Shown piece by piece: positions 9,738-19,885 of a DNA stretch of 64,000 bases. The first letter of the stretch is position 1. Each line of letters starts with the position of its first letter. The DNA is taken from assembly GCA_903877885.1 (NCBI GenBank), contig CAIRFN010000006.1, positions 3,342 to 67,341 on the forward strand. The letters run 5' to 3'. Position numbers and translations under genes: made by a program. This DNA comes from an uncultured Candidatus Berkelbacteria bacterium (GTDB lineage: Bacteria > Patescibacteriota > UBA1384 > UBA12157). The notes beneath the pieces are model-generated. The model was not told where the DNA came from and made no database searches. It worked only from the letters and a program-made list of their open reading frames with translations.

Positions 9738-10733
9738 ATGGTTAAAGCTTCGATTATCATTCCAACTTATAAGCGACCTCAAGAAACTGCTGATTGTTTG
9801 AAATTTTTAAGCAATAGCTTAGGATTTGGACAGGAATTTTTATTGGAAGTAATTATTGTTGATAGCTCTCCAGATAAAAAAACTTTTTCCGAAATTAAAA
9901 AATATCAGGAAATTTTCGAACTAAAATATTTACATTTGCGAAAAAAAACTTTGCCTGGTCAAGCGCGCAATATTGGAATTAAAATAGCAAAAAATGAATT
10001 AATTATCATGCTGGACTCTGATATTGAAATTATGCCAGTCACAATTGGTCGAATGATTAATTATTTAAAAAATCATCCGACAGTTTCCAGATTAACCGGA
10101 AAAACCATTTTTTCATCTGGAGAAAATAAAGGCCAAATAGATCGTCCTACTAAGTGGGATCGGCAGGTTATGATCGACCGAACTAATTATATCGAAGGAA
10201 TTTATGGTCGCTATGAAGCTTTTTACAAAACGCCGTTTTTGTCAATTGGCGGATATGACAAAATTTTCGATGTTTGCGGCGAAGGTACGGATCTTTCGAT
10301 TCGTTTTTGGCGGGCTGGCTTTCCTTTGGCAATCGATGAAAATATCATTGCTTACCACAACACTGAAGCGCCGGAAAGTTTGCGTCGGACAGTTATTAAC
10401 AAAATGACCGCAATGTATCGCTCGCTTTTTATTGTAGCCTACAAATATGGTGTTAAGGAATTAGAATCAAGCCCAAATTTTGTTAAATCTCATCAGGAAC
10501 GAGAAGCCGCTTACGGTGAAACGATTGAATTTCATTCGATTGTTTCAGCCGCTGAATCAATCGAATGGTTTAAGAAAAATTATTCTGATTTAGTAAAAAG
10601 TAAAAAAGCCGTTCCAAAATTATTTGATTTTAAACCGTTTGATGTTTTTTCTGATCAAAAACTTTTTGCTCAATGCATAAACCAAGCTTTAGAAATAAAT
10701 GCCAAAAGCTATAAAAAAGTTTTTACTAATTAG
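9738..10733 (+). CDS. Glycosyltransferase family 2
   Basis: Begins SIIIPTYKRPQE... with a DSD (DxD) motif, typical of the GT-A fold; 331 aa. Confidence 0.65.
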   Translation: MVKASIIIPTYKRPQETADCLKFLSNSLGFGQEFLLEVIIVDSSPDKKTFSEIKKYQEIFELKYLHLRKKTLPGQARNIGIKIAKNELIIMLDSDIEIMPVTIGRMINYLKNHPTVSRLTGKTIFSSGENKGQIDRPTKWDRQVMIDRTNYIEGIYGRYEAFYKTPFLSIGGYDKIFDVCGEGTDLSIRFWRAGFPLAIDENIIAYHNTEAPESLRRTVINKMTAMYRSLFIVAYKYGVKELESSPNFVKSHQEREAAYGETIEFHSIVSAAESIEWFKKNYSDLVKSKKAVPKLFDFKPFDVFSDQKLFAQCINQALEINAKSYKKVFTN

Positions 10734-10740
10734 GAGGACA

Positions 10741-11859
10741 ATGAAAATTGCTATTGTTTCCACAATTCATAATGCTATTTCACCCGCTTTTTCTGGTGGA
10801 ATTGAAGTTTTTAACGCCAGTTTACTTAAGGAATTAACTCGACGTGGTCACGATGTTACGATTTTTGCTTCTGGAGAATCTAAAGTTGAAGGTAAACTTT
10901 ATCCGGTTTGTCCTCAAGCTCTTTTCCAAAGCGGAATTGATCCAAACGAATCTCAAGGTATGAGAAAGCTGATTTATCTTGAAAACCATTATTATATTCA
11001 GACAATCGAATATATTAAAAAAAATAATTTTGATATTATTCATCACAGTCACACTTCATTTTTGCCAATGTATTTAGCTTATAAAGCCCAAATTCCTCAA
11101 ATTTTAACTATTCATATGACTGCAAATTCCAACATTACTTTAAATCAAGATTTGACAGAAATTTTTCATAATAATGGAGAAATTGGTCTAATTTCTATTT
11201 CCAAGCGTCAAGAAGAAATTCTAAATGATCTTAAGTTTTTTAAAAATGTTTATAATGGAATAAATCTGGAAAATCTTGATTATAATAAAATACCTGAAGA
11301 TTATTTTGCCTGGCTTGGTAGAATCGCGCCAAACAAAGGCACAAAAGAAGCTGTGGAAATTGCGCTCAAAGCTGATGTTAAATTGAAACTGGCTGGAGAT
11401 ATTGGTGTTGGTAAAGTTGTGACCGATTATTTTGCTCAAATAAAACCATTTTTAGAAAATAAAAAAATCGAATTTTTAGGTAAAGCAGATGCTAAATTAA
11501 GAAATAGTTTGTTAGGTGGCGCTAAAGCTTTGCTTTTTCCAATTCAATGGGAAGAGCCGTTTGGTCTGGTAATGATTGAAGCGATGGCTTGTGGTACGCC
11601 GGTGATTGCTTTTAATCTCGGTGCGGTTTCGGAAATCGTGGTTGACGGTAAAACAGGTTTTATCATTGCGCCTGGCGATCAAAATGCCATGGCTGAGGCG
11701 ATTAAAAAAATTAATAATATGCCGGAAGATGAATATCGCCAAATGCGCCAAAATTGTCGTAAACACATTGAAGATAATTTCACTATTGAAAAAATGGTAA
11801 ATAATTACGAACAAGTTTATAAAGAGATTCTAATTGACTGGTCAAATAAAACTTTGTAG
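10741..11859 (+). CDS. Glycosyltransferase family 4
   Basis: Start chosen at ATG 10741 downstream of a GGAGG RBS; C-terminal EPFGLVMIEAMACGTPVIAFNLGAVSEIVVDGKTGF GT4 motif. Confidence 0.7.
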   Translation: MKIAIVSTIHNAISPAFSGGIEVFNASLLKELTRRGHDVTIFASGESKVEGKLYPVCPQALFQSGIDPNESQGMRKLIYLENHYYIQTIEYIKKNNFDIIHHSHTSFLPMYLAYKAQIPQILTIHMTANSNITLNQDLTEIFHNNGEIGLISISKRQEEILNDLKFFKNVYNGINLENLDYNKIPEDYFAWLGRIAPNKGTKEAVEIALKADVKLKLAGDIGVGKVVTDYFAQIKPFLENKKIEFLGKADAKLRNSLLGGAKALLFPIQWEEPFGLVMIEAMACGTPVIAFNLGAVSEIVVDGKTGFIIAPGDQNAMAEAIKKINNMPEDEYRQMRQNCRKHIEDNFTIEKMVNNYEQVYKEILIDWSNKTL

Positions 11860-11883
11860 AATATACTGAATAAAGGAGGCTAA

Positions 11884-13383
11884 ATGAAAAAAGACAATTA
11901 CAAAGAAAAACTTCGCGTTCTCCATATTACTTCGGAACTAACTCCGATTGCTAAAGCTGGTGGCTTGGGCGATGTCGTTGGTCAGCTTCCAAAAGAAATG
12001 GCTCGCCAATTTCATATCGAAATTCGGATTATTATGCCGAAGTATAAATTTTTAGATTTGGAAAAATATCCGGCGGAAAAGATCATTACCGATTTAAAAA
12101 TCGCTAGTCCTACCGGCGGTTGGTGGAAAATTTCGGTTTGGAAAACACTTATTCCGGAAACAATTATTCCAGTCTATTTGATTGAAAATAACGAAGTTTT
12201 CAATGCCGATGATATTTATAAACACAAGCCAACGAAAATTTCCAGTCATCCTTTTTTCTTTTTATCGACTGTAGCTTTAGAGTTCATAAAAATTATCGAC
12301 TGGCAACCAAATATTATTCATTGCCATGACGGTATGATGGGTTTGGTACCAAAACTTTTAAAAACTGTTTACAAAGATGATCTATTCTATCAGAAAATCG
12401 CCAGTGTTTTAACGATCCATAATTTACAATTTCAGCCATGGTTTCAATTTAGCGAAGCGAAAAGTGTTGGTCTAAAGCAATCAGATTTTAAACCCACTTC
12501 AAAATTTTTAAAACTTAAAGTGGCTAATGTTATGGCCGAAGCGATTGCTAATGCTGATATGATCAACACAGTTAGTTTGACCTATGCTAAAGAAGTTTTG
12601 ACTAAAAAGTATGGTGCCAGTTTGGATAAATTGCTACGAACTAAGAAAAAGCAATTTACCGGTATCTTAAACGGAGTTGATTATTCTCATTTTGATCCAC
12701 GGACAAACCCTGATGTTCCAGTTAAATATTGGCTTGATTCGCTGGATAAAAAAACAGAAAATAAATTATATTTACAAAAAAAATTAGGTTTAATTCAATC
12801 AGCGAGCATTCCGCTAATCTGCGTAATCAGCCGCTTAACTGATCAAAAAGGTGTTGGTTTAATCGAAGAGGTTTTAAAAAATTTGGTTAATATGGGGGCA
12901 CAGTTTGTGATTTTGGGTAGCGGCGGCAAGTCGGTAGAAAAGATTTTTGTTAAAGCAGAAAAAGATTATCCAAAAGAAATTGCGGCTGAAATTGGTTTTG
13001 ATGCCGATTTTGCTCAAACTATTTATGCTGGTGCTGATATGATTTTAATGCCAAGTCAATTTGAGCCATGCGGATTATCGCAAATTATTGCCATGCGTTT
13101 TGGTACAATTCCGATTGTGCGAAAAACTGGCGGATTGGCTGACACGGTTCGCGATGGCTACACCGGTTTTGTTTTTAAACATTACGATAAAAATGCATTT
13201 TTATGGGCGATTAGCCGGGCAGTTGATGTTTATTATAAACAAAAAGATTATTGGAAAAAGATGCAAATCATGGGTATGAAAAAAGATTTCTCTTGGAAAA
13301 ATTCTGCCAAAAAATATATTTGGTTATATAAAAAAGCAATTAGAAATAAGAAAAAATATCTCGAAGGATTAAATGACAAATAA
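11884..13383 (+). CDS. glgA: Glycogen/starch synthase-like glycosyltransferase (GT5)
   Basis: N-terminus LRVLHITSELTPIAKAGGLGDVVGQLPK (the KxGGL motif) and C-terminal KTGGLADTVRDG, both GlgA hallmarks. Confidence 0.8.
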   Translation: MKKDNYKEKLRVLHITSELTPIAKAGGLGDVVGQLPKEMARQFHIEIRIIMPKYKFLDLEKYPAEKIITDLKIASPTGGWWKISVWKTLIPETIIPVYLIENNEVFNADDIYKHKPTKISSHPFFFLSTVALEFIKIIDWQPNIIHCHDGMMGLVPKLLKTVYKDDLFYQKIASVLTIHNLQFQPWFQFSEAKSVGLKQSDFKPTSKFLKLKVANVMAEAIANADMINTVSLTYAKEVLTKKYGASLDKLLRTKKKQFTGILNGVDYSHFDPRTNPDVPVKYWLDSLDKKTENKLYLQKKLGLIQSASIPLICVISRLTDQKGVGLIEEVLKNLVNMGAQFVILGSGGKSVEKIFVKAEKDYPKEIAAEIGFDADFAQTIYAGADMILMPSQFEPCGLSQIIAMRFGTIPIVRKTGGLADTVRDGYTGFVFKHYDKNAFLWAISRAVDVYYKQKDYWKKMQIMGMKKDFSWKNSAKKYIWLYKKAIRNKKKYLEGLNDK

Positions 13384-14335
13384 ATTACCACAAACCCTTG
13401 ATTTTTTATTAGATAAAAATTGGATCGAAGATTTTTTTAATCAAAATGTTGAAAAAATAATCGGTCGTCAAGCAGAAATTACAGTTAAAGAAGTGAAACG
13501 TTCAAAATCATATGCGCCGGAATCTTTCGCCATGTATTATTCCGTTTTAGTTAACGCTCAAGAAACTTTCTGGCGTGTGTCTGCTTCAACTAAGCAAGAT
13601 CGTTTTTTGCCATTTCAGGCGATGAGTTTTGTTTATAAAAATGGTTTTAACGAAGGCGATATTAGAACGCCACAACCATATTATTTCTTTTCCAAATATA
13701 ATTTTTACATTTATCAAGATGTTTCTGGCCACATGTTAACAAGTTTTTTAAAACAAAAAGATCAAGAATTGGAAAAGAAAATGTTCAAAGCTGGGGAAGT
13801 TTTAAAAAAATTTCATCTTTTACCAACACCGGATTTTGCCCTTTCAAAATTGCAATGGGATTTTCAAAAAGAAAAAATTTTAGAATACGCGCCAGAAATT
13901 AAACAAATTTTTGAAGAACCGTTAACTAAAGCTTTAGAAAAAATTACCATTAACGGTAAGAAATTATGCCATGGTGATTATCAAACCGAAAATTTAATTT
14001 TTGGTCATTTAACTTATCTTATCGATTTTGGTTCGGTTGTCACGGCTCACAAAGAAGCGGATATCGCTAGTTTCATCAGTCAACTAGCCGTGATGCTAAA
14101 ACGTTTTGGTGATATCAATGATTTTGATAATTTATCAAAATCATTTTTTGACGGCTATGGCGCAGATTTTGAAAACGAATTTTTCGAGTCTTATTGTTTT
14201 CTTTATCGATTACAGATTCTACAAGCCTTAATTATTATGTATGAGGTTGACCCAACGGTGGACAAGGAAGAGATTAAGCAAACTATAGAATTTTTATATA
14301 ATAAAATTAAACTCGATAATGAACCTCGAAACTAA
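13373..14335 (+). CDS. Phosphotransferase-family (APH/choline-kinase-like) protein
   Basis: HGDYQTENLIF (catalytic loop) and LIDFGS (DFG-like) motifs; 320 aa. Confidence 0.5.
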   Translation: MTNKLPQTLDFLLDKNWIEDFFNQNVEKIIGRQAEITVKEVKRSKSYAPESFAMYYSVLVNAQETFWRVSASTKQDRFLPFQAMSFVYKNGFNEGDIRTPQPYYFFSKYNFYIYQDVSGHMLTSFLKQKDQELEKKMFKAGEVLKKFHLLPTPDFALSKLQWDFQKEKILEYAPEIKQIFEEPLTKALEKITINGKKLCHGDYQTENLIFGHLTYLIDFGSVVTAHKEADIASFISQLAVMLKRFGDINDFDNLSKSFFDGYGADFENEFFESYCFLYRLQILQALIIMYEVDPTVDKEEIKQTIEFLYNKIKLDNEPRN

Positions 14336-16370
14336 AGTTCAACTTTTAACTGGCGTTGGGCCAAAGACGGTACAAAAATTAGAAAGGTTGGGGATTAATT
14401 CGGTCCGCGACCTTCTTTTTAATTGGCCACGCACGTGGCAGGATTTTAGTTCACCACGCGATATTTCAAGTTTAAGAATTAATGATGAAGCAATTATTAA
14501 AGCAAAAATAAAATCTGTTAAAGAAATTAGAACCAGAAATCGCTGGATGAGTATTATCGAAGCCAATTTGGTTGACGATAAAAATTATGAAATTAAAGCG
14601 ATTTGGTTTAATCAAACTTTTTTAAAAAGTGTTTTACGTGTTGATGATGAATGGCTGTTTTTAGGTAAAATTGGTTGGGATTTTAAAGCTAAACAAAAAA
14701 CTTTAGCCGTCAGTCAAATGGAAAAAGAAGCAGTTATTCTACCAGTTTATTCTGAAACTCCCGGCATAACCAGCAAATTTTTACGCAAATTAATCAAACC
14801 GATTTTAAGCGAAATCGATGCCATAATCGACGATTATTTGCCAGACGAAATCAGAGGATTTTTACTAGACTTACGAACAACGCTTAAGTACATTCATTTT
14901 CCTAACTCCAATGAAAGTTTGGCTAAAGCTAAAAATCGACTCGCTTTTGACGAATTATTTTTAATTGCTCTAAGATTTCTAACCATCAAAAAAGAATTGC
15001 AACAAAATGTGGCGCCGCCGATGCAAATCGATGAAAAAGTTTTGCAAAATTTTACTAAAAAATTGCCATTTAAATTAACTGATGCTCAACGAAAAGTTGC
15101 TTGGGAAATAATTCAGGATTTGGCTAAAAATGTGCCAATGAACCGATTACTGGAAGGCGATGTTGGTTCCGGAAAAACCGTGGTGGCTGCCATGGCTGTG
15201 CTCGTCGCTGCTAAAAATAATTTACAAACAGTCTGGCTTGCGCCAACTGAAATTTTAGCCAATCAACATTATCAAAATATAAAACCGTTGATACACCTCG
15301 TAGGTGTATCAACTGGTTTGTATACCTCGGCCAATAAAATTGCCGATACCCAAAAAGATGATTTAATTATTGGAACACATGCGGTTTTGCAAAAAAATGT
15401 TTCTTTCCCAAATTTGGGCTTAATTATTATTGATGAACAACATCGATTTGGCGTCAAGCAACGCGCTCATCTTCGAAAACCCATACTAACTTCCACCTTT
15501 AGGCAAGCGGTTAGTATGGAAAAAGTTACAATCCCGCATTTACTTAGTATGACAGCCACGCCAATTCCGCGAACACTGGCTTTGGCACTCTATGGCGATT
15601 TAGATCTTTCGATTATCGATCAAATGCCGGCTGGACGACAAACAATTATTACTAAAATTATTAATGAAAAGAATCGCCAAAAAACCTACGATTTTATACG
15701 ATCGGAAATTAAAAATGGTCGCCAAGCTTTTGTTATTTGTCCTTTAATCGAAACTGGCGAAGTAACTACTGGAAAATTATTTGATACCGATCGCAAATCA
15801 GTCATGGAAGAATATAAAAAATTATCAGAACAGATTTTTCCAGAATTTAAGATTGGATTCTTGCATGGCAAAATGAAATCAAAAGAAAAAGAAGCGGTGA
15901 TGAACTCGTTTCACGAACGTGAGCTAAGTATCTTAGTTTCGACTGCCGTGGTGGAAGTGGGGATTGATGTTCCCAATGCCACTGTCATGATGATTGAAAG
16001 CGCTGATCGATTTGGATTAGCACAACTGCATCAATTTCGCGGCCGGGTCGGCCGCGGTAAACATCAATCGTATTGTTTTTTATTAAGCGATTTACGAAGC
16101 GAAAAGTCTGCACAAAGGCTAAAAGCAATGGAAGATTGTTTTGATGGTTTTAAATTAGCCCAAATTGATTTAGAATTAAGAGGCTCGGGCGAAGTAGTCG
16201 GGCTCAAACAATCTGGGCTTGATAATTTAAAAATGGCATCACTTTCCGACACGATTTTAATCGGTGAGGCCCGCGCTGCGGCGCAAAAAATTGTCGAAGA
16301 CGGCATTGAAAAATATCCTTTACTTTGCGCTAAATTAAAAGAGTTTGAAATAGAAAAACATTTGGAATGA
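14319..16370 (+). CDS. recG: ATP-dependent DNA helicase RecG
   Basis: 683 aa; Walker A GDVGSGKT, DEQHRFGV, and the helicase C-terminal motifs QLHQFRGRVGRG. Confidence 0.9.
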   Translation: MNLETKVQLLTGVGPKTVQKLERLGINSVRDLLFNWPRTWQDFSSPRDISSLRINDEAIIKAKIKSVKEIRTRNRWMSIIEANLVDDKNYEIKAIWFNQTFLKSVLRVDDEWLFLGKIGWDFKAKQKTLAVSQMEKEAVILPVYSETPGITSKFLRKLIKPILSEIDAIIDDYLPDEIRGFLLDLRTTLKYIHFPNSNESLAKAKNRLAFDELFLIALRFLTIKKELQQNVAPPMQIDEKVLQNFTKKLPFKLTDAQRKVAWEIIQDLAKNVPMNRLLEGDVGSGKTVVAAMAVLVAAKNNLQTVWLAPTEILANQHYQNIKPLIHLVGVSTGLYTSANKIADTQKDDLIIGTHAVLQKNVSFPNLGLIIIDEQHRFGVKQRAHLRKPILTSTFRQAVSMEKVTIPHLLSMTATPIPRTLALALYGDLDLSIIDQMPAGRQTIITKIINEKNRQKTYDFIRSEIKNGRQAFVICPLIETGEVTTGKLFDTDRKSVMEEYKKLSEQIFPEFKIGFLHGKMKSKEKEAVMNSFHERELSILVSTAVVEVGIDVPNATVMMIESADRFGLAQLHQFRGRVGRGKHQSYCFLLSDLRSEKSAQRLKAMEDCFDGFKLAQIDLELRGSGEVVGLKQSGLDNLKMASLSDTILIGEARAAAQKIVEDGIEKYPLLCAKLKEFEIEKHLE

Positions 16371-16807
16371 TGGAAAATTTTGACGAAATAATTTATAAAT
16401 ATCGATTTATTATTGGCGGCGCGCTGATTGTTATAATTTTGATCGGTTCTGGCGTAATTTTCTTTAACTACTATAATCAAAATCAGCAAAAAAAAGAAAA
16501 CCAAAAATTGGCTAATTTAAAACAAGAAAATGATCAGTTGCGTCAGGAGCTTTCCGCTCAAAACACTAAACAAGTCGCTGGTGTGCAGACGATTAATCAA
16601 AATCAAGGCAGTAAAATTAATTTAAATACAGCCACAGCCGAAGAATTAGATAAAATTCCGGGAGTGGGTCCAGCTCGCGCTAAAGCGATTTTAGATTATC
16701 GCAGTGAACACGGCAGTTTTAAAACCATCGAAGAAATCAAAAACATCAAAGGTATCGGCGATAAAAGTTTTGAAAATATTAAAGATTTAATAACGGTAGG
16801 AGAATAA
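16367..16807 (+). CDS. comEA: Competence protein ComEA (helix-hairpin-helix DNA-binding)
   Basis: N-terminal TM helix; C-terminal INLNTATAEELDKIPGVGPARAKAILDYR...IKGIGDKSFENIK tandem HhH. Confidence 0.8.
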   Translation: MMENFDEIIYKYRFIIGGALIVIILIGSGVIFFNYYNQNQQKKENQKLANLKQENDQLRQELSAQNTKQVAGVQTINQNQGSKINLNTATAEELDKIPGVGPARAKAILDYRSEHGSFKTIEEIKNIKGIGDKSFENIKDLITVGE

Positions 16808-17398
16808 ATGGAAGAGCAATTAAGATCAATAGAGCAAGAAAAAATTAAAACAATTGGAGATGTAGAAAAAATTGGTTCGAGTGGCGCATTAATAAAAAAC
16901 ACAGAACAAATAAAAGAATTAGTTGAAGAGCCTTTAATCCTTGCTTGCCAAATTTTGTATGATAAAAATATCCAAACAGTGGCAAGTAACGCTAATTGCG
17001 AAGGTGAGCAAGGCGAGGCTAGTATTGGAATTGATTGGAATAGTTTATCGGAACAAAACCGTAAAATTGCTGAAAGTCTTGGGCTAACTCCGATTCAGAA
17101 TGAATTTGGTCAAACAATTTCTTTTACAATGCCAATTACAAAAAATACAGTTCTGGAACAAGTGGAAGATTATTTTTCAAAACTTGCTCAAATGTTTGTT
17201 CTGCAAGAACCCTCATGGATACCAAGATATTCGATTGACGATCTTAAAACTATTTATGGCTATCCAGAAAATGAAGAGGCTGAGCCAAGTGAATTTGTTG
17301 AATCAGGCTATTTTTACGATGATGTGTTAAAAACGTTTTATGAAAGCGAAGACCATTATCGAAAAATAAATGAATGGCAGAAATCGGAGAATAAATGA
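16808..17398 (+). CDS. Hypothetical protein
   Basis: 196 aa ORF translationally coupled to comEA and to the next ORF. Confidence 0.4.
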   Translation: MEEQLRSIEQEKIKTIGDVEKIGSSGALIKNTEQIKELVEEPLILACQILYDKNIQTVASNANCEGEQGEASIGIDWNSLSEQNRKIAESLGLTPIQNEFGQTISFTMPITKNTVLEQVEDYFSKLAQMFVLQEPSWIPRYSIDDLKTIYGYPENEEAEPSEFVESGYFYDDVLKTFYESEDHYRKINEWQKSENK

Positions 17399-18129
17399 CA
17401 ATTGAAGAATTTGCCAAAATAAATAATGTTCCAGTTTTAAATAGCCATTCGGTTTTTCCAGATTTTTATGTCACACATGCTTTGGTTGACGAGAAAGCAC
17501 TTGATGAAGATTTTTTGTTATGTTCAGACTTACTAACAGATAAACAATTTTCTTTGAAAATTGATGAATATTTAAACACAACCAAATATGTCTTTCTTGC
17601 TTTAGGCAAAGGTTATTTAAAAACAAAAGATTCTATTGGTCTTATTTACGATCCTTTTGAACTTTCTAAAATAAAAGGTGCTAATATTGTAATGCAAGAT
17701 TTATTATACGAATTAGAAAAAACAGACATCTTGGCAAGTTTTTGTTTAAAAAATAAAAAAGAAATTGAGGAAATAATTTCTGCTGATGACGCACAAATAT
17801 TATTTTATTCAATCGAGCATAAAGAAAGTTTGCTAATTTTTAGTGACAAAACTTCTTTACAATACAGAGCCACGATTATTTTCGATCGCTTGCTAAAATC
17901 TATGTCAGAAAATTTAGAGCAGGAATTAAAACAAGCTATTAAAACTGAAATCAGCGATAAATTTACGATTTTTAATGATTTAGAAAGTAAAATCAAAGAA
18001 ATCTTTTCGACTGAAAAAAGTTTTATTAATTTATTTTTTGATCAAACTTCAGAAGAAAGAATGTTCGAGCTTCGAGTTCCTGAAAAACATGAAATTATAA
18101 AAGGCCTAATTGCTGTTTACAGAAGTTGA
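17395..18129 (+). CDS. Hypothetical protein
   Basis: 244 aa ORF; start overlaps the stop of the upstream ORF. Confidence 0.4.
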   Translation: MTIEEFAKINNVPVLNSHSVFPDFYVTHALVDEKALDEDFLLCSDLLTDKQFSLKIDEYLNTTKYVFLALGKGYLKTKDSIGLIYDPFELSKIKGANIVMQDLLYELEKTDILASFCLKNKKEIEEIISADDAQILFYSIEHKESLLIFSDKTSLQYRATIIFDRLLKSMSENLEQELKQAIKTEISDKFTIFNDLESKIKEIFSTEKSFINLFFDQTSEERMFELRVPEKHEIIKGLIAVYRS

Positions 18130-18220
18130 ATTAAAAGTAATTTTCAGGTATAATAATCAAAGGATGTAAATAATTTTTAAAATTCATGATTCATACTTCT
18201 TGATTCATGATTCAATTTTA

Positions 18221-18307
18221 GCCCGGGTGGAGAAATTGGTAAACTCGTATGATTTAGGATCATATGCTGTAAAAAGCTTGGAGGTTCAAGTCCTCTCCCG
18301 GGCACCA
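18221..18307 (+). tRNA. tRNA-Leu(TAG), type II, CCA encoded
   Basis: Manual cloverleaf: acceptor GCCCGGG/CCCGGGC, anticodon stem TATGA/TCATA with loop TTTAGGA, long variable arm, T-loop TTCAAGT. Confidence 0.8.
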
Positions 18308-18333
18308 AATTAGAAATGAAGTATTGAGAAATT

Positions 18334-18504
18334 ATGAACGATAATAATGACTTAGATGAATTGGAAGACGAGCTAAAGCAAGAAGAAGCCGAAGAAGATT
18401 TGACTGGACATAAAGTTTCGGGTCATTCGGTTTTTGAACTTGAACGAATTATTAAAGAAAAATCTAAAGATAAAGCTGACAAAGAACTCGAAGATAAAAA
18501 TTAA
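18334..18504 (+). CDS. Hypothetical small acidic protein (56 aa)
   Basis: ATG 18334 to TAA 18502..18504, MNDNNDLDELEDELKQEEAEEDL...; below the ORF-track size cutoff, so speculative. Confidence 0.25.
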   Translation: MNDNNDLDELEDELKQEEAEEDLTGHKVSGHSVFELERIIKEKSKDKADKELEDKN

Positions 18505-18517
18505 GAATATTCAAGTT

Positions 18518-19432
18518 ATGCCTAAAATTAATGAACTCGATAAAAAAGTTTTGGCCATTGTTGGTCCGACTGGTTCAGGTAAAACCGCCTGGGCTAGAGT
18601 TTTGGCACAAAAATTTGACGGTAAATTAATTTCGGTCGATTCTCGACAAATTTACAAAGGTATGGATATTGGCACAGCCAAAGACACAAGTTTTCCTCAA
18701 GACTTAATTGATATTGTTGATCCAAGTTATAATTTTACTTTGGCTGATTTTCAAAAAACCGCTACCGAACTAATCGAGCAATATTTAGCGAGTAAAAATC
18801 TACCGATTTTGGTCGGTGGCACTGGTTTGTATTTGGATTCGATTGTGTTTGGTTATGTTCTGCCTGACTTACAAAAAGAAAGTTTAAAGCTGCGCGAGGA
18901 ATTAGAAAAATTATCAGCCGAAGAAATTTTAGCAAAATTAAAAACCGTTGATCCTGAATCGGCCGCCACGATCGATCCGCAAAATGTTCGTCGATTAATC
19001 CGCGCGCTTGAGGTTAGTTTACTTAGCTCACGTTCGTTTAGTAAGCAAAAAAGAAAAACTAAATCTAAATTTAATACTTTGGTGATTGGTATCGATATTC
19101 CAAGAGAAACTTTGTATGCCAAAATCGACGCTCGGGTGGAAAAAATGATTAAAGATGGTTTGGTTGAAGAAGTGCGAAACTTAATTAAAAAATATCCTAC
19201 TGATTTGCCGGCTCTTAATACGATCGGTTATAGAGAAATAATCGATTATTTAAAAAATCGCCAAACTTTACCAGAGGCAATTCAACAAATCAAATATCAT
19301 ACTCACGCTTATGTTCGTCGTCAAATGACCTGGTTTCGTCGCAATGAAAGTATCAAATGGGTTAAAACCATTGCCGAAGCCGAAAAATTGGTTAAAAACT
19401 TTCTTGTTCGTCAAACTACTCTTGACATTTGA
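18518..19432 (+). CDS. miaA: tRNA dimethylallyltransferase MiaA
   Basis: VLAIVGPTGSGKTAWARVLAQKFDGKLISVDSRQIYKGMDIGTAK P-loop/MiaA signature. Start placed at ATG 18518 (MPKINELDKK...), in frame with track ORF 18434. Confidence 0.85.
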   Translation: MPKINELDKKVLAIVGPTGSGKTAWARVLAQKFDGKLISVDSRQIYKGMDIGTAKDTSFPQDLIDIVDPSYNFTLADFQKTATELIEQYLASKNLPILVGGTGLYLDSIVFGYVLPDLQKESLKLREELEKLSAEEILAKLKTVDPESAATIDPQNVRRLIRALEVSLLSSRSFSKQKRKTKSKFNTLVIGIDIPRETLYAKIDARVEKMIKDGLVEEVRNLIKKYPTDLPALNTIGYREIIDYLKNRQTLPEAIQQIKYHTHAYVRRQMTWFRRNESIKWVKTIAEAEKLVKNFLVRQTTLDI

Positions 19433-19501
19433 CTGAAAATCTGTCATACTTTCCATATCCTATTCATTCGCAGCAAGGTCGCTGCAAAAGGAGTTACAGT
19501 T

Positions 19502-19792
19502 ATGGAAGTTTTACGTGTTTCGGCAAAGTCCAATCCGAATTCGGTAGCTGGTGTCCTCGCTGGTGTGATCCGTGAACAAGGCGCCGCCGAATTACAGACC
19601 ATCGGTGCCGGTGCTTTAAACCAAGCGGTTAAAGCTCTGGCTATCGCCCGTGGCTTTATGGCTCCGAGCGGTGTCGACCTGATTTGCCGGCCAGCCTTCA
19701 CGGACTTGTTGGTTGATGGCGCCGAGCGCACCGCCATTCGTCTGATGGTCGAACCCGCGCCCGAGAAGTTGCGCGGACCGCTCGCTCTTTGA
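19502..19792 (+). CDS. spoVS: SpoVS-family protein (stage V sporulation protein S homolog)
   Basis: MEVLRVSAKSNPNSVAGVLAGVIREQGAAELQTIGAGALNQAVKALAIARGF... closely resembles SpoVS. Gene GC is far higher than its flanks. Confidence 0.8.
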   Translation: MEVLRVSAKSNPNSVAGVLAGVIREQGAAELQTIGAGALNQAVKALAIARGFMAPSGVDLICRPAFTDLLVDGAERTAIRLMVEPAPEKLRGPLAL

Positions 19793-19810
19793 CCTCGTTT
19801 GCCAGGCAGT

Positions 19811-19856
19811 CGTATCGAAAGATATAATGACTGCCTGGCTTTTTTAAAATTTGAAT
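19811..19856 (+). terminator. Rho-independent terminator after spoVS
   Basis: GCCAGGCAGTC...GACTGCCTGGC stem followed by TTTTTT. Confidence 0.6.
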
Positions 19857-19885
19857 TTTCGTTACAAAAGGCGCAAAATAAATAT

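Noticed and set aside
19444-19737. Minus-strand 97-aa ORF antisense to spoVS
   Set aside because: It is an artefact of the GC-rich spoVS sequence leaving long open antisense frames. The sense strand encodes a clearly recognisable SpoVS.
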